This document shows, one piece after another, positions 1 to 13,100 of a stretch of 64,000 bases of DNA (positions are counted from its first letter, which is position 1; every line of letters starts with the position of its first letter). Location: NCBI GenBank assembly GCA_002269645.1, contig NIVC01003755.1, forward strand, positions 1-64,000, given 5' to 3'. Origin of the DNA: Macrostomum lignano. Taxonomy: Eukaryota. A model generated the notes under the pieces. The model searched no databases. It was not told where the DNA came from and worked only from the letters and a program-made list of their open reading frames with translations. The translations under genes were made by a program, and so were the position numbers.

Positions 1-717
1 TGCTTCTTTGCTTTAACCATATTTTTCCTCAGGAAACAAGCATAAGTGACTGTACAAGGTCGAATGCTACTGTACATGTATTTAATTTAAAAGTTTTATT
101 CCTTTCGCGTTGCCTCCCCACAGGATGGGGGCTGAAGATTGCTAGTTCAATCGATTAAACATTTTAGTTAGGAGCGGCTCAAGCCAACGAAGCACATAAT
201 ACAACCGAAATTATTTGGATACAATATGAATTAATATTATGCTTCGAGAAACAGAGGCACAACTTATTGTTTAATCACTTGACATTGTTTTTCAACCAAT
301 TTGTAAACTGGATTTACCCTAGGAACACCAGAAGTTACCGTTTGTATCAGGACGTAACACTCGCAAATACTGTATAGCAAAATAGCAATGCTTTGTTGAA
401 GGCCTTTAAATAATTTTCAACTTACGAGCTACGAGCGTATTTACGAGTGCTGCGTCCTGATACAACGGCAACTTCTAGCGGTCCTTGTTGAGTAAACCAA
501 GGGTCAACAACCTCCGGCCCGCGAAGAGCCAAGCTGCTCTGGACTCTTTCGGCTGGCCGGTCTGTACGTTCGCGCCCACTAGACGCTGCTTTATGACTTT
601 CCAGCTCATCATATTGTTGCAGCTGGAGTCCTCAGACCGGGGATCTTATTTGTGCTTTTTAAATCTTCCTATAGTCTTATAAATAGATTCGCGGAGACTT
701 TTTTCTCTGCCCTTTTG

Positions 718-3147
718 TTAGATATTGTTATGACTTCTTATGACCCTGAGCTTGTGCCCCAGCAGCTGTTCCGCTGGTGACGATCCCGCTTTGTTGTTTG
801 ATGCGCGATAAAACAGCAAGAAGCGGTCAACAGACTCTTGACTGAAGCCATTTGCCTTGATGCTTTCTTTTAGCGTGCGTACGAACCGCTCTGCAACCCC
901 ATTACTTTGTGGGTGATAAGCTGCGATAGTTAGGTGCTCACAGTCAATTCCTGCCAACCACTCCGTAAAGTCCTTGCTGATAAAGCATGGTCCGTTATCT
1001 GACGCAGTGTCCTTGAATTCCAAGCTGAGAAAATGTCCTCCTGAGACACTGAATGACAGTTCGAGAAGTCATATCTTTGGTGACGTGGACTTCAGGATAC
1101 CCGCTGTACGAATCTACCAGAACGAGCATGTAGTGGTTGTCGATCGGTCCTGCAAAGTCGATATGAACTCGATCCCAAGGACCCGCAGCTTCAGGCCAAC
1201 TGGAGCGAAAATTCCTATTTTGCGGTTTTGCGGTCCTACAGATCTGGCACAAACCGACTGTCCGTTCGATATCGCTGTCCATGGCTGGCCACCAAACTCC
1301 GCACGAGCCAAGGATTTGATGCGGGACATTCCCAAATGAACTTCGTGCACTGCTGCAATTGCTTTCATGCGTAAGGATTTTGGAATAATGATCCTGTGGC
1401 CTCGAAGAATAACATTGTCCTGAACGCAAAGTTCTTCTCGTACATTTTTGAAAGGTCGCAGCCTAGGGTGTTTTAAGCTTCCCGTCGTTATAGCGCTCTT
1501 CAGCATGCGCATTTCGTTACACCGCTTCGTTGCCAACCTGATTTCTTCCAGAGACTTTGTAGTTGATACCGTGTGAATGTTACCAATCTCTAGCGTTTCA
1601 CCGCTTCTTCCTTGCGGAACCAATCTTGATAGCGCGTCAGATGCCCTAGCTTTAGATTTACGATACTCGATCTCGTAATCTTACGCCGTGAGAAATATCG
1701 CCCATCTCTGCAGCCTTGCAGACACTCTCGATGGTAGCTCTTTGTCACAGGCTAAGATGTAAACGAGAGGGGTGGATTTCACAAACGCGAAATTTCACAA
1801 CCGCTAAAAGCACTTGCTTTCATAAACGCGAAACTTCACAAACGCGAAACTTCGCAACCGCTAAATTTTCTGCAGTCACTTTCATAAACGCGAAACTTCA
1901 CAAACGCGAAACTTCGCAACCGCTAATTTTTTTGCAGTCACTTTCATAAACGCGAAACTTTACAACCGCTAAACTTCACAACCGCTAAATCACCTACTTT
2001 CATAAGCGCTAAGTTTCATAAACGTGAAACTTCGCAACCGCTAAATTTTTTGCAGTCACTTTCATAAACGCGAAACTTCACAACCGCTAAACTTCACAAC
2101 CGCTAAATGTCATCTACTTTCACAACCGCGAAACTTCATTACCGCGAAACTTCACAACCGCTAAAATTTTTGCACTTACTTTCGTATACAACAGTCTTTT
2201 TAGACTGTTTTTTATGGTCTTAATAAAAAAAATAGAGGTCGATGGTTGGTTATTAGCTTAAATTTTCTGCCACAGAGAAAACGATGACATCTTCTGACAC
2301 CCCATATTATCGCAAGCGCTTCTCGCTCTATTTGCGAATAATTTCGCTCCGATGATGACAAAAGTTTGCTTATGTACAAGACAGGACGTCCTTGCTGACT
2401 CAGGACACCACCAAGGGCAATCTGCGAAGCGTCTACTTCGAGCTCAACCGGTAGCTTTGGGTCGTACGCATACAAAACAGCGTCTTCTGAAAGTGATTTC
2501 TGGATGTTTCTGAACGCACCTTGTTCTTTTGCGCCCCAACGAAACTCCACACCTTTGCGCTTCAGGTGCACCAACGGAGCCGATATTCCAGAAAGGTTTG
2601 CAATGAATCGCGAGCAGAACGTAATCAGTCCGAGGAAGGATTCTAACTCGGAAAGATTCTTCGGAGCTTCCATTTCTTTGATCGCCCGCACTTTCTCTCC
2701 ATCAGGATAAATGCGCCGCTGTCCAGAATATGACCCAATAACCGGACTCGAGATGAATTCCGTTGGCATTTCTGATCATTTACCTTTAGCCCTTCCGATG
2801 CTAGACGGTGAAGTACTTGTTCTTCGCGTCCTTTCAACTCTGACTCATCGCTTCCACCGATTAATATATCATCCATGAACGCTATTGTTCCGGGAATGCC
2901 TTGGATCACTTGCGATATATACCGTTGGAAAATACTCGGAGCCGTTTTTATTCCAAACATAAGTTTATTGTACCTAAAATTTCCAAACGGTGTCGATATC
3001 ACGGTTTGTGGTTTAGATGCGTCCAGCTCTACTTATGGTTGTACGCTTTCTCTGGATCAATGATACTGTACTGAAAGCATCCCGCCACTGTCGAGAACGC
3101 TTCCTCCGGGTCGGTGTCGGGTAGCTATCCGGGACAGATCATTTACT
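718..3147 (-). mobile_element. Decayed Ty3/Gypsy LTR retrotransposon pol fragment (RT, RNase H, integrase), frameshifted and interrupted by two insertions
   Basis: RT motifs LMFGIKTAPSIFQ and FMDDILIG (2643-3002); RNase H VDASQIALGGVLSQ...YSQIEREALAIIWG...LITNHRPL (2212-2769), resuming as DKELPSRVSARLQRWAIFL near 1745; integrase zinc finger HEVHLGMSRIKSLAR...CQIC and core PWDRVHIDFAGP, DNGPCF, YHPQSNGVAERFVRTLK (718-1429). Domain order RT-RH-IN is Gypsy. Several frameshifts and stops; no LTR identified. Confidence 0.93.
1751..2213 (+). mobile_element. Non-autonomous insertion with Helentron/HINE-like architecture (sub-terminal inverted repeats, internal tandem repeats, 3' hairpin plus T-run)
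   Basis: Splits the Gypsy RNase H between ...FLLRP and DKELP. tgtaaacgag (1758-1767) is an 8/10 inverted match to ttcgtataca (2181-2190). Hairpin aacagtct-tttt-agactgtt (2190-2209) is followed by a T-run. The interior consists of aaacgcgaaacttcacaaccgct repeats. Confidence 0.55.
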
Positions 3148-3148
3148 G

Positions 3149-3724
3149 TGTGTGTATGTGTGTGTGCAACCAGTGCGAACACACTAGCCGGATGCGAGCC
3201 CAGCACCGACAGTGGAGGCCGCTTAGTGCTAAAAATCTGCGTCCGTCTGGTGTAGAGGGCCGGGCAGTCGTAGAGCCAGTGGGTGATAGTTCCGAACTCC
3301 TCAGCGCAGTACGGTCGCACCGGGCAGGCGTCTGGGCGCGGCGGATGCTGCTGCAGGAGGGTTGACGGTGGCAGGTTCTGCTGCAGTAAGGGGCGGCGCA
3401 AGCCAGACCAGGGGCCCTGGAGTGCATTGCTCGTGAGCAGCGGTCCGCAGCGGGCAGAGGTGACGACGGAAGTCAGGGCTGGGGTTTCTCTCGATGTCCA
3501 CGGAGCGGCCAAGGCGCAATTAGCTGCAGGTGTCGACAATGGTAGGCTGGCTGAGTTTGAGAAGAAGCACTCCACGACCCTCACCGACGGGCCGGGTCCG
3601 AGATCCGAGGGCGTCGTGGGGGCCAGTACGGGTAGCATTCGTATCCCATCCAGAGGAATATGCATGGTCCGAGTCGCCGCGAAGAGGCTGCTACTGTGAC
3701 CACAGGCTGTTGCTGTTGTTCTTG
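3149..3724 (-). mobile_element. Short internally deleted non-LTR retrotransposon derivative (Ingi/I-group-like): 5' part with 2A-like motif joined to C-terminal CCHC zinc knuckle and (CA)n tail
   Basis: Minus strand LRLGRSVDIERNPSP (DIERNPSP at 3475-3498), then within about 200 nt PYCAEEFGTITHWLYDCPALYTRRTQIFSTKRPPLSVLGSHP, then an (ac)n tail at about 3149-3176. Endonuclease and RT are absent. Possible 6-bp TSD ttactg (3143-3148 / 3725-3730). Confidence 0.6.
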
Positions 3725-5817
3725 TTACTGGCAGTTAGAAAGCTTCTTGTATAGAGTCCTTTTTCAAACTTTCATTATTTTCACAGCAACAAAATCTGCA
3801 AAATATATTGTAGGAATACTTCTGCAACTACCATGATGAATGAGTATAATTTAATTTCATAACAACAACTAACGATAAAACAGCCGGCAAACAGGGTAAA
3901 CGCGGGAAACCTTGGCGAAATCATTATTAATAAAAACCTTGTTGTGTATGTGTTTCGAAACATCTCTAGCATCGAAAATTTTCATTTACATATAAACAGA
4001 TCTTAATTTTCAATGCAATGTACGACGTGACAATTTTGAACGTTTTGAGTTTTCGTGCTCATTCCTGGAAATCAATATAAAAAGAAAATTGAAAAAATCC
4101 ATAGCATATTTCTTACATAGAGAGAGTCATAGCCAATTTTTTGCTTTAAAGTTTGCATACATTTTTTGTCATTGATAGTGTATTTTTTAATTTTCTATTC
4201 ATATCTCTAGCTCAGTGAACTTAAAATTGCTTTTTTGCTTTCTTCACTATTAATTAAAAGTAAATAGTGACTATAGGAAGTCTAGTGTACTAGTGGTAAC
4301 TAATAGGGCCTAAGTGTTCATTAAATAAAAAATAGTAAAAATAGACAGATACAGCTAGCCCTGTCTTCATTATGTCATATCTACTAATGACTGATTCTGA
4401 TACTGATAAGTGGTATTGAAATATATTTTTTAATATTTTTCAAATGCTTTTAAAACTTTGGATTTGATTATATAACAGTAGATAAAACTTATACTATACT
4501 ATAGGCTATTATATTCTGTATATTTACAAAGATTTTCAAAATCATTTTTTTAATTAAAATTATTTGACTAGGTTTAGGCCTATGGCAATGCCGCATATTT
4601 TGGGCAATTTTAATTTTTGCCTTTCATTTACAAAGATTTTTTTTTTAAAATGAAATAGTTGTAATATAAAACAATGGAAAACAATAAAATAATGTTCCAG
4701 GGCCTTTCTAATGCTAAAAAAACTTAAAACAACAATTTTCTATGGTCCTCAAAAGGTTAATGATAGAATTTGAAATGAATAACTTATTAGAGTTTTAATT
4801 TTATAGTTTAGTTTAACTTATGTAATTTAGCTTAGCTCAAGTCAATTGAAAAGGATAATAATATGCAATCCATGAATCCAAGAGAGCATATTGCCAAAAA
4901 CATATTAAGGGTACATTTAATGCTATATAAACTCTGAGATGCAACTTAAATATGGCTTGACTTATATCATGCATAGCTTAGAACTTTGCCTTATAGTATA
5001 CCTATGTCCCTTTGATGAGATTTGTATAGGCCTATACAGTTAGATCTTGCAAATTGAATAAGACAAAGCAATGGCTAACAATATTGTAATTATAAAGCTG
5101 TATATATATACTTGTTATCCATTAATGATTATATATATGACAGGAAAAACATGGCAATAAATCAATAGTAGTAGCATTATAGCTATACAATCAACAAAAG
5201 AATCATGACACACTTATTAGCATTATGCTCATTGCTCAGCCATATCAAGTACCCACAACTAGGCTAATGTATATCTTGGTGATACTTTTGATGAAAGAAA
5301 TAGGACTTATCTATATCTACTTCTCTGCTGAGACTACCAAGCTCCAGTTGTTCCACTGGATGATCAATGAGGTAGGCCTACTAGACACATATATTAGACA
5401 AGTTTTGCCAGTTGGCATTCACCCTGCTTTATTTCTATAGCCTATCACTAAATAAGATATCTAGCAACTAGTGTACTAAGAGGTGGCTGGCTTCAAAAAA
5501 GGAGCCTTTTCTAATTGAAACCTGGGCATGACAATTGGTATATTCCCATATAAGTCTATCTAAGAATTGGTCACCCATTCACTGCTAGGTGCTAAAGATA
5601 CATTGCTAGTGTCATATTGTTTGTTGTTACTTGACTCTGGTATAGTTAATTGGATTGACTTAGAAGTGGCCTTAGGGAGAGACTATTTATTCTAATCACT
5701 CCCAATCCCATTTTGTAATTATTAAGATTGGAACTATTTTGCTTTTTCCTAGCTTATTTACTTTAAGCATATATTCCATATCTCTACAATTCATGTTAAT
5801 TAATTAAATAGTACAGC

Positions 5818-8800
5818 ATGAGCTATAGTGAATGCACCTACCATGGGGAGCAAGAGTCCTACCACTGTGGTTATTGTGAAGGCAAAAAACAGAAGTCGCG
5901 CTGCACACATGGTAATTTTGCTCATATTTCAACTGTGCTATTCTGATGCTAATGACATTTTCATTCTATTACAATAATAGAAAGCAAATGGACTAATCTT
6001 TCTCGAATTTTAGGCGCCTCTTTTTCCACACTCACTACTAAGGACTACCAGAGTCTTATGTTTCGAGGATGGAGGCGGTAAGGACATATTGTATCCACTG
6101 TGGGTTGCTGCTAGTCACTAACCCCAATCCATAAGGGGGTGCTGCTACCCCTGATCCTTCACCGAGTGCCGCTGCCCCCGATCCTTCAGGGAGTGCCACT
6201 ACCCCCGATCCTTCAGGGAGTGCCACTACCCCCGATCCTTCAGGGCGTGCCACTACCCCCGATCCTTCAGGGCGTGCCACTTACCCCCGATCCTTCAGGG
6301 CGTGCCACTTACCCCGATCCTTCAGGGCGTGCCACTACCCCTGATCCTTCAGGGCGTGCCACTTACCCCCGATCCTTCAGGGCGTGCCGCTACCCCCGAT
6401 CCCTTCGGGGAGTGCCGCTACCCCCGATCTTGCAGCAATTGCCACATGCCACTACCCCCGATCCTGCAGCAATTGCCACTACCCCCGATCCTTCAGGGAG
6501 TGCCACTACCTTCGATCCTTCAGGGAGTGCCGCTACCCCCGATCCTTCAGGGAGTGCCGCTACCCCCGATAATTCAGCAATTGCCACTACCCCCGATCCT
6601 TCAGGGAGTGCCGCTACCCCCGATAATTCAGCAATTGCCACTACCCCCAATCCTTCAGGGAGTGCCGCTACCCCCGATCCTTCAGGGAGTGCCGCTACCC
6701 CTGATAATTCAGCAATTGCCGCTACCCCCGATCCTTCAGGTGGTGCCGCTACCCCGATCCTTCAGGTGGTGCCGCTTCCCCCGATCCATCAGGGTTGCAA
6801 TAGAAAAATAGATGCACAATCAGTTTTAAGTATAAAAAAGCATAAAGAAACTCAATGAATTGGCTCTCAGGTCGGGCGATTACTGTTACAAGCCCGTAAT
6901 GCGGGAGATCTGCTGTCCGCAGTACACAATTCGCTGCGATGTCGGTCGCTACCGACTGAGCCGCTCGCATCGGCGAGTCCTACGTCGAATGAACGAATTC
7001 CTGCGCAGCGGCGAAACGCCAAAGGCTAATAATAAAGCTGCAACAGGTGCTTCAGCTGCTACCGCCTCCAGACAGGTTTGTCAAAGACTAAACTCACTTT
7101 TTAGCTTGTTTGTTGTACCTTTGCTACCCTCGGATAGTACCAGCATTTTGTTCGGTTTTTTGTTATCACCCTCTAGTGCGTACAATAGCTCCTGAAAGAG
7201 TAGCTCTCTGTTATCCCCAATTAAGAATCACAGCTCTCTGTTATACCCAATTAAGAATCACAGCTCTCTGTTATCCCCAATTAAGAATCACAGCTCTCTG
7301 TTATCCCCAATTAAGAATCACAGCTCTCTGTTATCCCCAATTAAGAATCACAGCTCTCTGTTATCCCCAATTAAGAATCACAGCTCTCTGTTATCCCCAA
7401 TTAAGAATCACAGCTCTCTGTTATCCCCAATTAAGAATCACAGCTCTCTGTTATCCCCAATTAAGAATCACAGCTCTCTGTTATCCCCAATTAAGAATCA
7501 CAGCTCTCTGTTATCCCCAATTAAGAATCACAGCTCTCTGTTATCCCCAATTAAGAATCACAGCTCTCTGTTATCCCCAATTAAGAATCACAGCTCTCTG
7601 TTATCCCCAATTAAGAATCACAGCTCTCTGTTATCCCCAATTAAGAAACGCAGCTCTCTGTTATCCCCAATTAAGAATCACAGCTCTCTGTTATCCCCAA
7701 TTAAGAATCACAGCTCTCTGTTATCCCCAATTAAGAATCACAGCTCTCTGTTATCCCCAATTAAGAATCACAGCTCTCTGTTATCCCCAATTAAGAATCA
7801 CAGCTCTCTGTTATCCCCAATTAAGAATCACAGCTCTCTGTTATCCCCAATTAAGAATCACAGCTCTCTGTTATCCCCAATTAAGAATCACAGCTCTCTG
7901 TTATCCCCAATTAAGAATCACAGCTCTCTGTTATCCCCAATTAAGAATCACAGCTCTCTGTTATCCCCAATTAAGAATCACAGCTCTCTGTTATCCCCAA
8001 TTAAGAATCACAGCTCTCTGTTATCCCCAATTAAGAATCACAGCTCTCTGTTATCCCCAATTAAGAATCGCAGCTCTCTGTTATCCCCAATTAAGAATCA
8101 CAGCTCTCTGTTATCCCCAATTAAGAATCACAGCTCTCTGTTATCCCCAATTAAGAATCGCAGCTCTCTGTTATCCCCAATTAAGAATCGCAGCTCTCTG
8201 TTATCCCCAATTAAGAATCACAGCTCTCTGTTATCCCCAATTAAGAATCACAGCTCTCTGTTATCCCCAATTAAGAAACGCAGCTCTCTGTTATCCCCAA
8301 TTAAGAATCACAGCTCTCTGTTATCCCCAATTAAGAATCACAGCTCTCTAGTACGTGATTCAGATCGAATGTTTCATTCATTAATACTCGTAATAAAGTA
8401 CACTAAGCACCATACTTCCGTCAGGCCAACAATAGTAACATAGGCGAATCTCGTCCTGTTGAAACCACGGCGGCCTGGAAGATGGCGCCGTTTCGGGTCG
8501 CGGGCGCCTTCGGCTTGGCAAAGCGCGCCAGAAACGCTGGGAAAGGTTAGAGTTTTTATCAATTATTTGCCTCGTGACCTAAAGATTCTGATCTTCAGAT
8601 TAGTCTTATGAATCTTCAGATTGTTCTCATGGATATTCAGGTTAGTCTCATGGATATTCAGGTTAGTCTCTTGGATATTCAGGTTAGTCTCATGGATATT
8701 CAGATTAGTCTCATGGATATTCAGATTAGTCTCATGGATATTCAGATTAGTCTCATGGATATTCAGATTAGTCTCATGGATATTCAGATTAGTCTCATGG

Positions 8801-11045
8801 ATATTCAGATTAGTCTCATGTATATTCAGATTAGTCTCATGGATATTCAGATTAGTCTCGTGGATATTCAAGTTAGTCTCATGGATATTCAGATTAGTCT
8901 CATGGATATTCAGATTAGTCTCATAGATATTCAGATTAGTCTCATGGATATTCAGAATATTTTTTTTTCACCAAGATCTCCAAGCCCGTCTTATTTACTT
9001 ATCTAGAGGATGATGGGCAAATAGTTCTTTCAAAATACTCTTCATGCCTACTATAGCTAGCTGCTTTTATAGTAGTATAATATGTATTTGTTTTAAAACA
9101 AACAAAAAAATTTACCAGGCGGCTGAAAAAGCTTCGAGCAACGGCAGCGGCAGCGGCGGCCGCCTCTGGCGACGGCGCGGATCCCGAGACCAGTCTGAAA
9201 GCGACGCTGTCAGCCTACAGAGCTCGTCGGGCAGCTCGTGCCGCGGCCAGGGCGCCGAAATCGCTGGACCAGATGCTGCAGCCGCCGGCCGAGGCCAAGC
9301 ACCGGCTGCGGGTCGTACTGCTGCCAAGCGCTAAACGAGAATTCGACAGCAAGTCGGAGCATTCGCTCTACGAACGCTACCAGATGCGCATTCACGGCGA
9401 CTCCAAGGCCGATTGCGACTACCGGCAGTTCTATCGATTCTTGTGCAAGTCGCCGCTGGTCTATGCTAAACGCAACAATCGCTGGATCGGCTCGTTTCAT
9501 CAGCAGTATTGGCTTGAGCCGGAGAACCGCCTGATCATGGTTGGCGTTGTTGACATCCTGCCCGACTGCACCTCGTCTGTGTACGTATTTTACGATCCTG
9601 ACTATGCCTGGCTCAATCTGGGCACCTATGCGGCCCTGCGCGAAATTCAATTAACTAAACAGCTGGGCCTGCCGCACTACTGCATGGGCTATTATATTCA
9701 CGACTGCGTCAAGATGCGTTACAAAGGCGCTTTTGAAGGCTCCGAATTGCTCTGCCCGGAGACTTACACCTGGCACTGTTTGCAAACCGTGTGCGCGCCT
9801 AAACTCGATCTCAGCGGCTACTGCAGGTAATGCTTGTATTTATAAAGCCTCAATCATTAATTCAGACCTGTATTAGATGTAACGAGATTCTTATTTACTC
9901 CTGTAAAAGTTCACCTTAGATCTCGTACGCTATTAAATGAGCCACAGCTTGAAACTTTTTATAATGAAAAATACCCGACTTTGAAGTGCTTTATTATGGA
10001 AATTTCCCGACATTGAGACGATTAGTTATGGAAAAATATTCTACCCTGAGATTGTTGTTAATGATAATGGTATTTCTCCTGACCTTGAAATGATTTTTTT
10101 CGGGGAAATCTTCGACCATTTTTAGTATATGGACTAGCAATCTAGTGCATCCAAAAAGCAAGAGAGAAAAATTATCTATGTGAATCCTATTTGCCTTGAC
10201 ACCCACGCAATTTCCCCCTTAAGCCTTGACATCTTCGACCTTGAGATTTTGATTAATGATTATGGAAAATCCATTCGACCTTGAGATTTTTATTAATGAT
10301 TATGGAAAATCCATTCGACCTTGAGATTTTGAATAATGATTATGGAAAATCCATTCGACCTTGAGATTTTTATTAATGATTATGGAAAATCCATTCGACC
10401 TTGAGATTTTGAATAATGATTATGGAAAATCCATTCGACCTTGAGATTTTTATTAATGATTATGGAAAATCCATTCGACCTTGAGATTTTTATTAATGAT
10501 TATGGAAAATCCATTCGACCTTGAGATTTTTATTAATGATTATGGAAAATCCATTCGACCTTGAGATTTTGAATAATGATTATGGAAAATCCATTCGACC
10601 TTGAGATTTTTATTAATGATTATGGAAAATCCATTCGACCTTGAGATTTTTATTAATGATTATGGAAAATCCATTCGACCTTTAGATGATTTATTGGGGC
10701 AACCTTCAGCCTTGAGATAATTTATTGGGGCAACCTTCAGCCTTGAGATATTTTATTGGGGCAACCTTTAACCTTGAGAATTTGACTCATTGATCATCCA
10801 ATCAACTCATTCGCCGCAGATTTGCCCCATCCGACGTTCCGGACGCTATCTCGGCCCCGGTGCCAGTCTCGGAGCTCCAGGTGGCCCTCGGCCATGGCAG
10901 CGCCAATTTCATGCCGTACAGCCAGATGGAGAGAATGCTGTCCGGCCGGCCATCCCTGCTGGCCATGCTGGCCGAACTGGCCGCTGAATTCGCTCGCCTT
11001 GTCGGGCCCGAGTGCGCCCGCCGGATCAGAGTCCGGTTCTGCTGA
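5818..11045 (+). CDS. ATE1: Arginyl-tRNA--protein transferase 1 (spliced gene)
   Basis: Exons 5818-5911 (MSYSECTYHGEQESYHCGYC), 6014-6077 (KDYQSLMFRGWRR), 6871-7075 (SGDYCYKPVMREICCPQYTIRC), about 8425-8545 (phase problem, see findings), 9119-9826 (GSFHQQYW...GVVDILP...SSVYVFYDPDY...LGTYAALREI...YCMGYYIHDCVKMRYKG...LLCPETYTW) and 10820-11045 (EFARLVGPECARRI). GT-AG junctions and phases are consistent except around exon 4. Confidence 0.93.
6143..6790. repeat. Minisatellite, about 24-bp unit (ccccgatccttcagggagtgccgcta), ATE1 intron 2
   Basis: Visible tandem array with variant units. Confidence 0.92.
7200..8349. repeat. Minisatellite, 30-bp unit (cagctctctgttatccccaattaagaatca), about 38 near-identical copies, ATE1 intron 3
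   Basis: Exact 30-bp period (two units per 60-nt line). Confidence 0.97.
8592..8955. repeat. Minisatellite, 21-bp unit (gatattcagattagtctcatg), ATE1 intron 4
   Basis: Visible tandem array; 7-aa period in spurious ORFs. Confidence 0.95.
10232..10780. repeat. Minisatellite, 40-bp unit (ttcgaccttgagatttttattaatgattatggaaaatcca), ATE1 intron 5
   Basis: Visible 40-bp period. Confidence 0.95.
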
Positions 11046-11134
11046 TGGTGTCACTGATTTGCCTGCTCAATTTGCATTGAATTCTTCAAACTGGCTGTGA
11101 TCTTGCTGGCGTGTGTTCCATTTTATTTATGAGA

Positions 11135-11910
11135 GGGTCCTCAGATTGGACTAATTAGTTAAATCTACGAGGTCCTCAGACTGGACTAATTAGCCAAACC
11201 TATGAGGTCCTCAGACTGGACTAATTAGCCAAATATATGAGGTCCTCAGGCTGGACTAGCCAAATCTATGAGGTCCTCAGACTGAACTAATTAGCCAAAC
11301 CTATGAGGTCCTCAGACTGAACTAATTAGCCAAACCTATGAGGTCCTCAGACGGGACTAATTAGCCAAACCTATGAGGTCCTCAGACTGAACTAATTAGC
11401 CAAACCTATGAGGTCCTCAGACTGAACTAATTAGCCAAACCTATGAGGTCCTCAGACGGGACTAATTAGCCAAACCTATGAGGTCCTCAGACGGGACTAA
11501 TTAGCCAAACCTATGAGGTCCTCAGACTGAACTAATTAGCCAAACCTATGAGGTCCTCAGACTGAACTAATTAGCCAAACCTATGAGGTCCTCAGACTGG
11601 ACTAATTAGCCAAATCTATGAGATCCTCAGACTGGACTAATTAGCCAAACTATGAGGTCCTCAGACTGAACTAATTAGCCAAACCTATGAGGTCCTCAGA
11701 CGGGACTAATTAGCCAAATCTATGAGGTCCTCAGACTGGACTAATTAGCCAAATCTATGAGATCCTCAGACTGGACTAATTAGCCAAATCTATGAGGTCC
11801 TCAGACTGGACTAGCCAAACCTACTATAAGGTCCTCAGACTGGACTAATTAGTCAAATCTATGAGATCCTCAGACTGGACTAATTAGCCAAATCTATGAG
11901 GTCCTCAGAT
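11135..11910. repeat. Minisatellite, 35-bp unit (gaggtcctcagactggactaattagccaaacctat), just 3' of the ATE1 stop
   Basis: Visible tandem array. Confidence 0.95.
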
Positions 11911-12464
11911 GTGGATGTCCTTTAGAGATATGAAAAAAGACGCCAATCAAAAAATTCTGTTTGGTCACAATTAAAGTTTACTTCAACTATCATAATATGC
12001 TACTATTTTGTTTCGGACTAGTAGTAGCTCTAGATAATTGTGCGCTAATATTAAAATATGTCAGAGTTCGGGTCTCGTTTCTGCTATTCTAGTTCTAGAA
12101 TAACTAATTCTGCTAAAATCTAAGCTTCTATCCCGAACAGTTCTCGTTCATGTTTTTACCTTTCCATATGATTAGTTTGTGTCTAATTTCTGCTTTCACT
12201 TTGTGTACTCCAGTTTCATTTATTATTCAGCTAGAAATGATCAGATATGTGTTTTTTTTGCTCCGCGCATAACATATAGCTATCTGGAGACTGATTTTAC
12301 AAAATAACAAAAATTTCACGTTAGAGCCGAACGAACAGTAAAATTGGTTGTTTGCTCTGCTTTTCGGTCAACCCCTCGTGTTCAAATCATTACTTTTGTT
12401 CGAGGTCTGAGCTTTTATTGTTTCACTTTTGCCCTATTGAGCCAGGCCTGATGAGGATAGAGTC

Positions 12465-13100
12465 GAGTGGGGTGGTGAGTAGAGTGGGGAGATGAGTAGA
12501 GTGGGGAGATGAGTAGAGTGGGGAGATGAGTAGAGTGGGGAGATGAGTAGAGTTGGGAGGTGAGTAGAGTGGGGAGATGAGTAGAGTGGGGAGATGAGTA
12601 GAGTGGGGAGATGAGTAGAGTGGGAGATGAGTAGAGTGGAGAAATAAGTAGAGTGGGGAGATAAATAGTGGGGAGATGAGTAGAGTGGGGAGATGAGTAG
12701 GATGGGGAGATGAGTAGAGTTGGGAGGTGAGTAGAGTGGGGAGATGAGTAGAGTGGGGAGATGAGTAGAGTGGGGACATGAGTAGAGTGGGGAGATGAGT
12801 AGAGTGGGGAGATGAGTAGAGTGGGAGATGAGTAGGATGGGGAGATGAGTAGAGTGGGGAGATGAGTAGAGTGGGGAGATGAGTAGGATGGGGAGATGAG
12901 TAGATTGGGGAGATGAGTAGAGTGGGGAGATGAGTAGGATGGGGAGATGAGTAGAGTGGGGAGATGAGTAGAGTGGGGAGATAAATAGAGTTGGGAGATG
13001 AGTAGGGCGGGGAAAAGAGGAGCAAGGGGAGATGAGTAGGGTGGGGGAAAGAGGAGCAAGGGGAGATGAGTAGGGCGGGGGAAAGAGGAGCAAGGGGAGA
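12465..13100. repeat. Purine-rich minisatellite, 17-bp unit (gagtagagtggggagat)
   Basis: Visible tandem array; 17-aa (3-unit) period in spurious ORFs. Confidence 0.93.

Noticed and set aside
3620-3700. HDV-like ribozyme at the 5' end of the Ingi-like element
   Set aside because: Only short P1/P2-like pairings and a cgaat motif; I could not build the full nested double pseudoknot by hand.
7110-8351. 413-aa ORF (LCYPQLRITA)n and the many similar long ORFs over tandem arrays (6.1, 8.6, 12.4, 14.2-17.6, 19.9, 26.5, 31.7, 40.7, 44.3 kb)
   Set aside because: Stop-free frames of intronic minisatellites; no start or splice context and no protein-like complexity.
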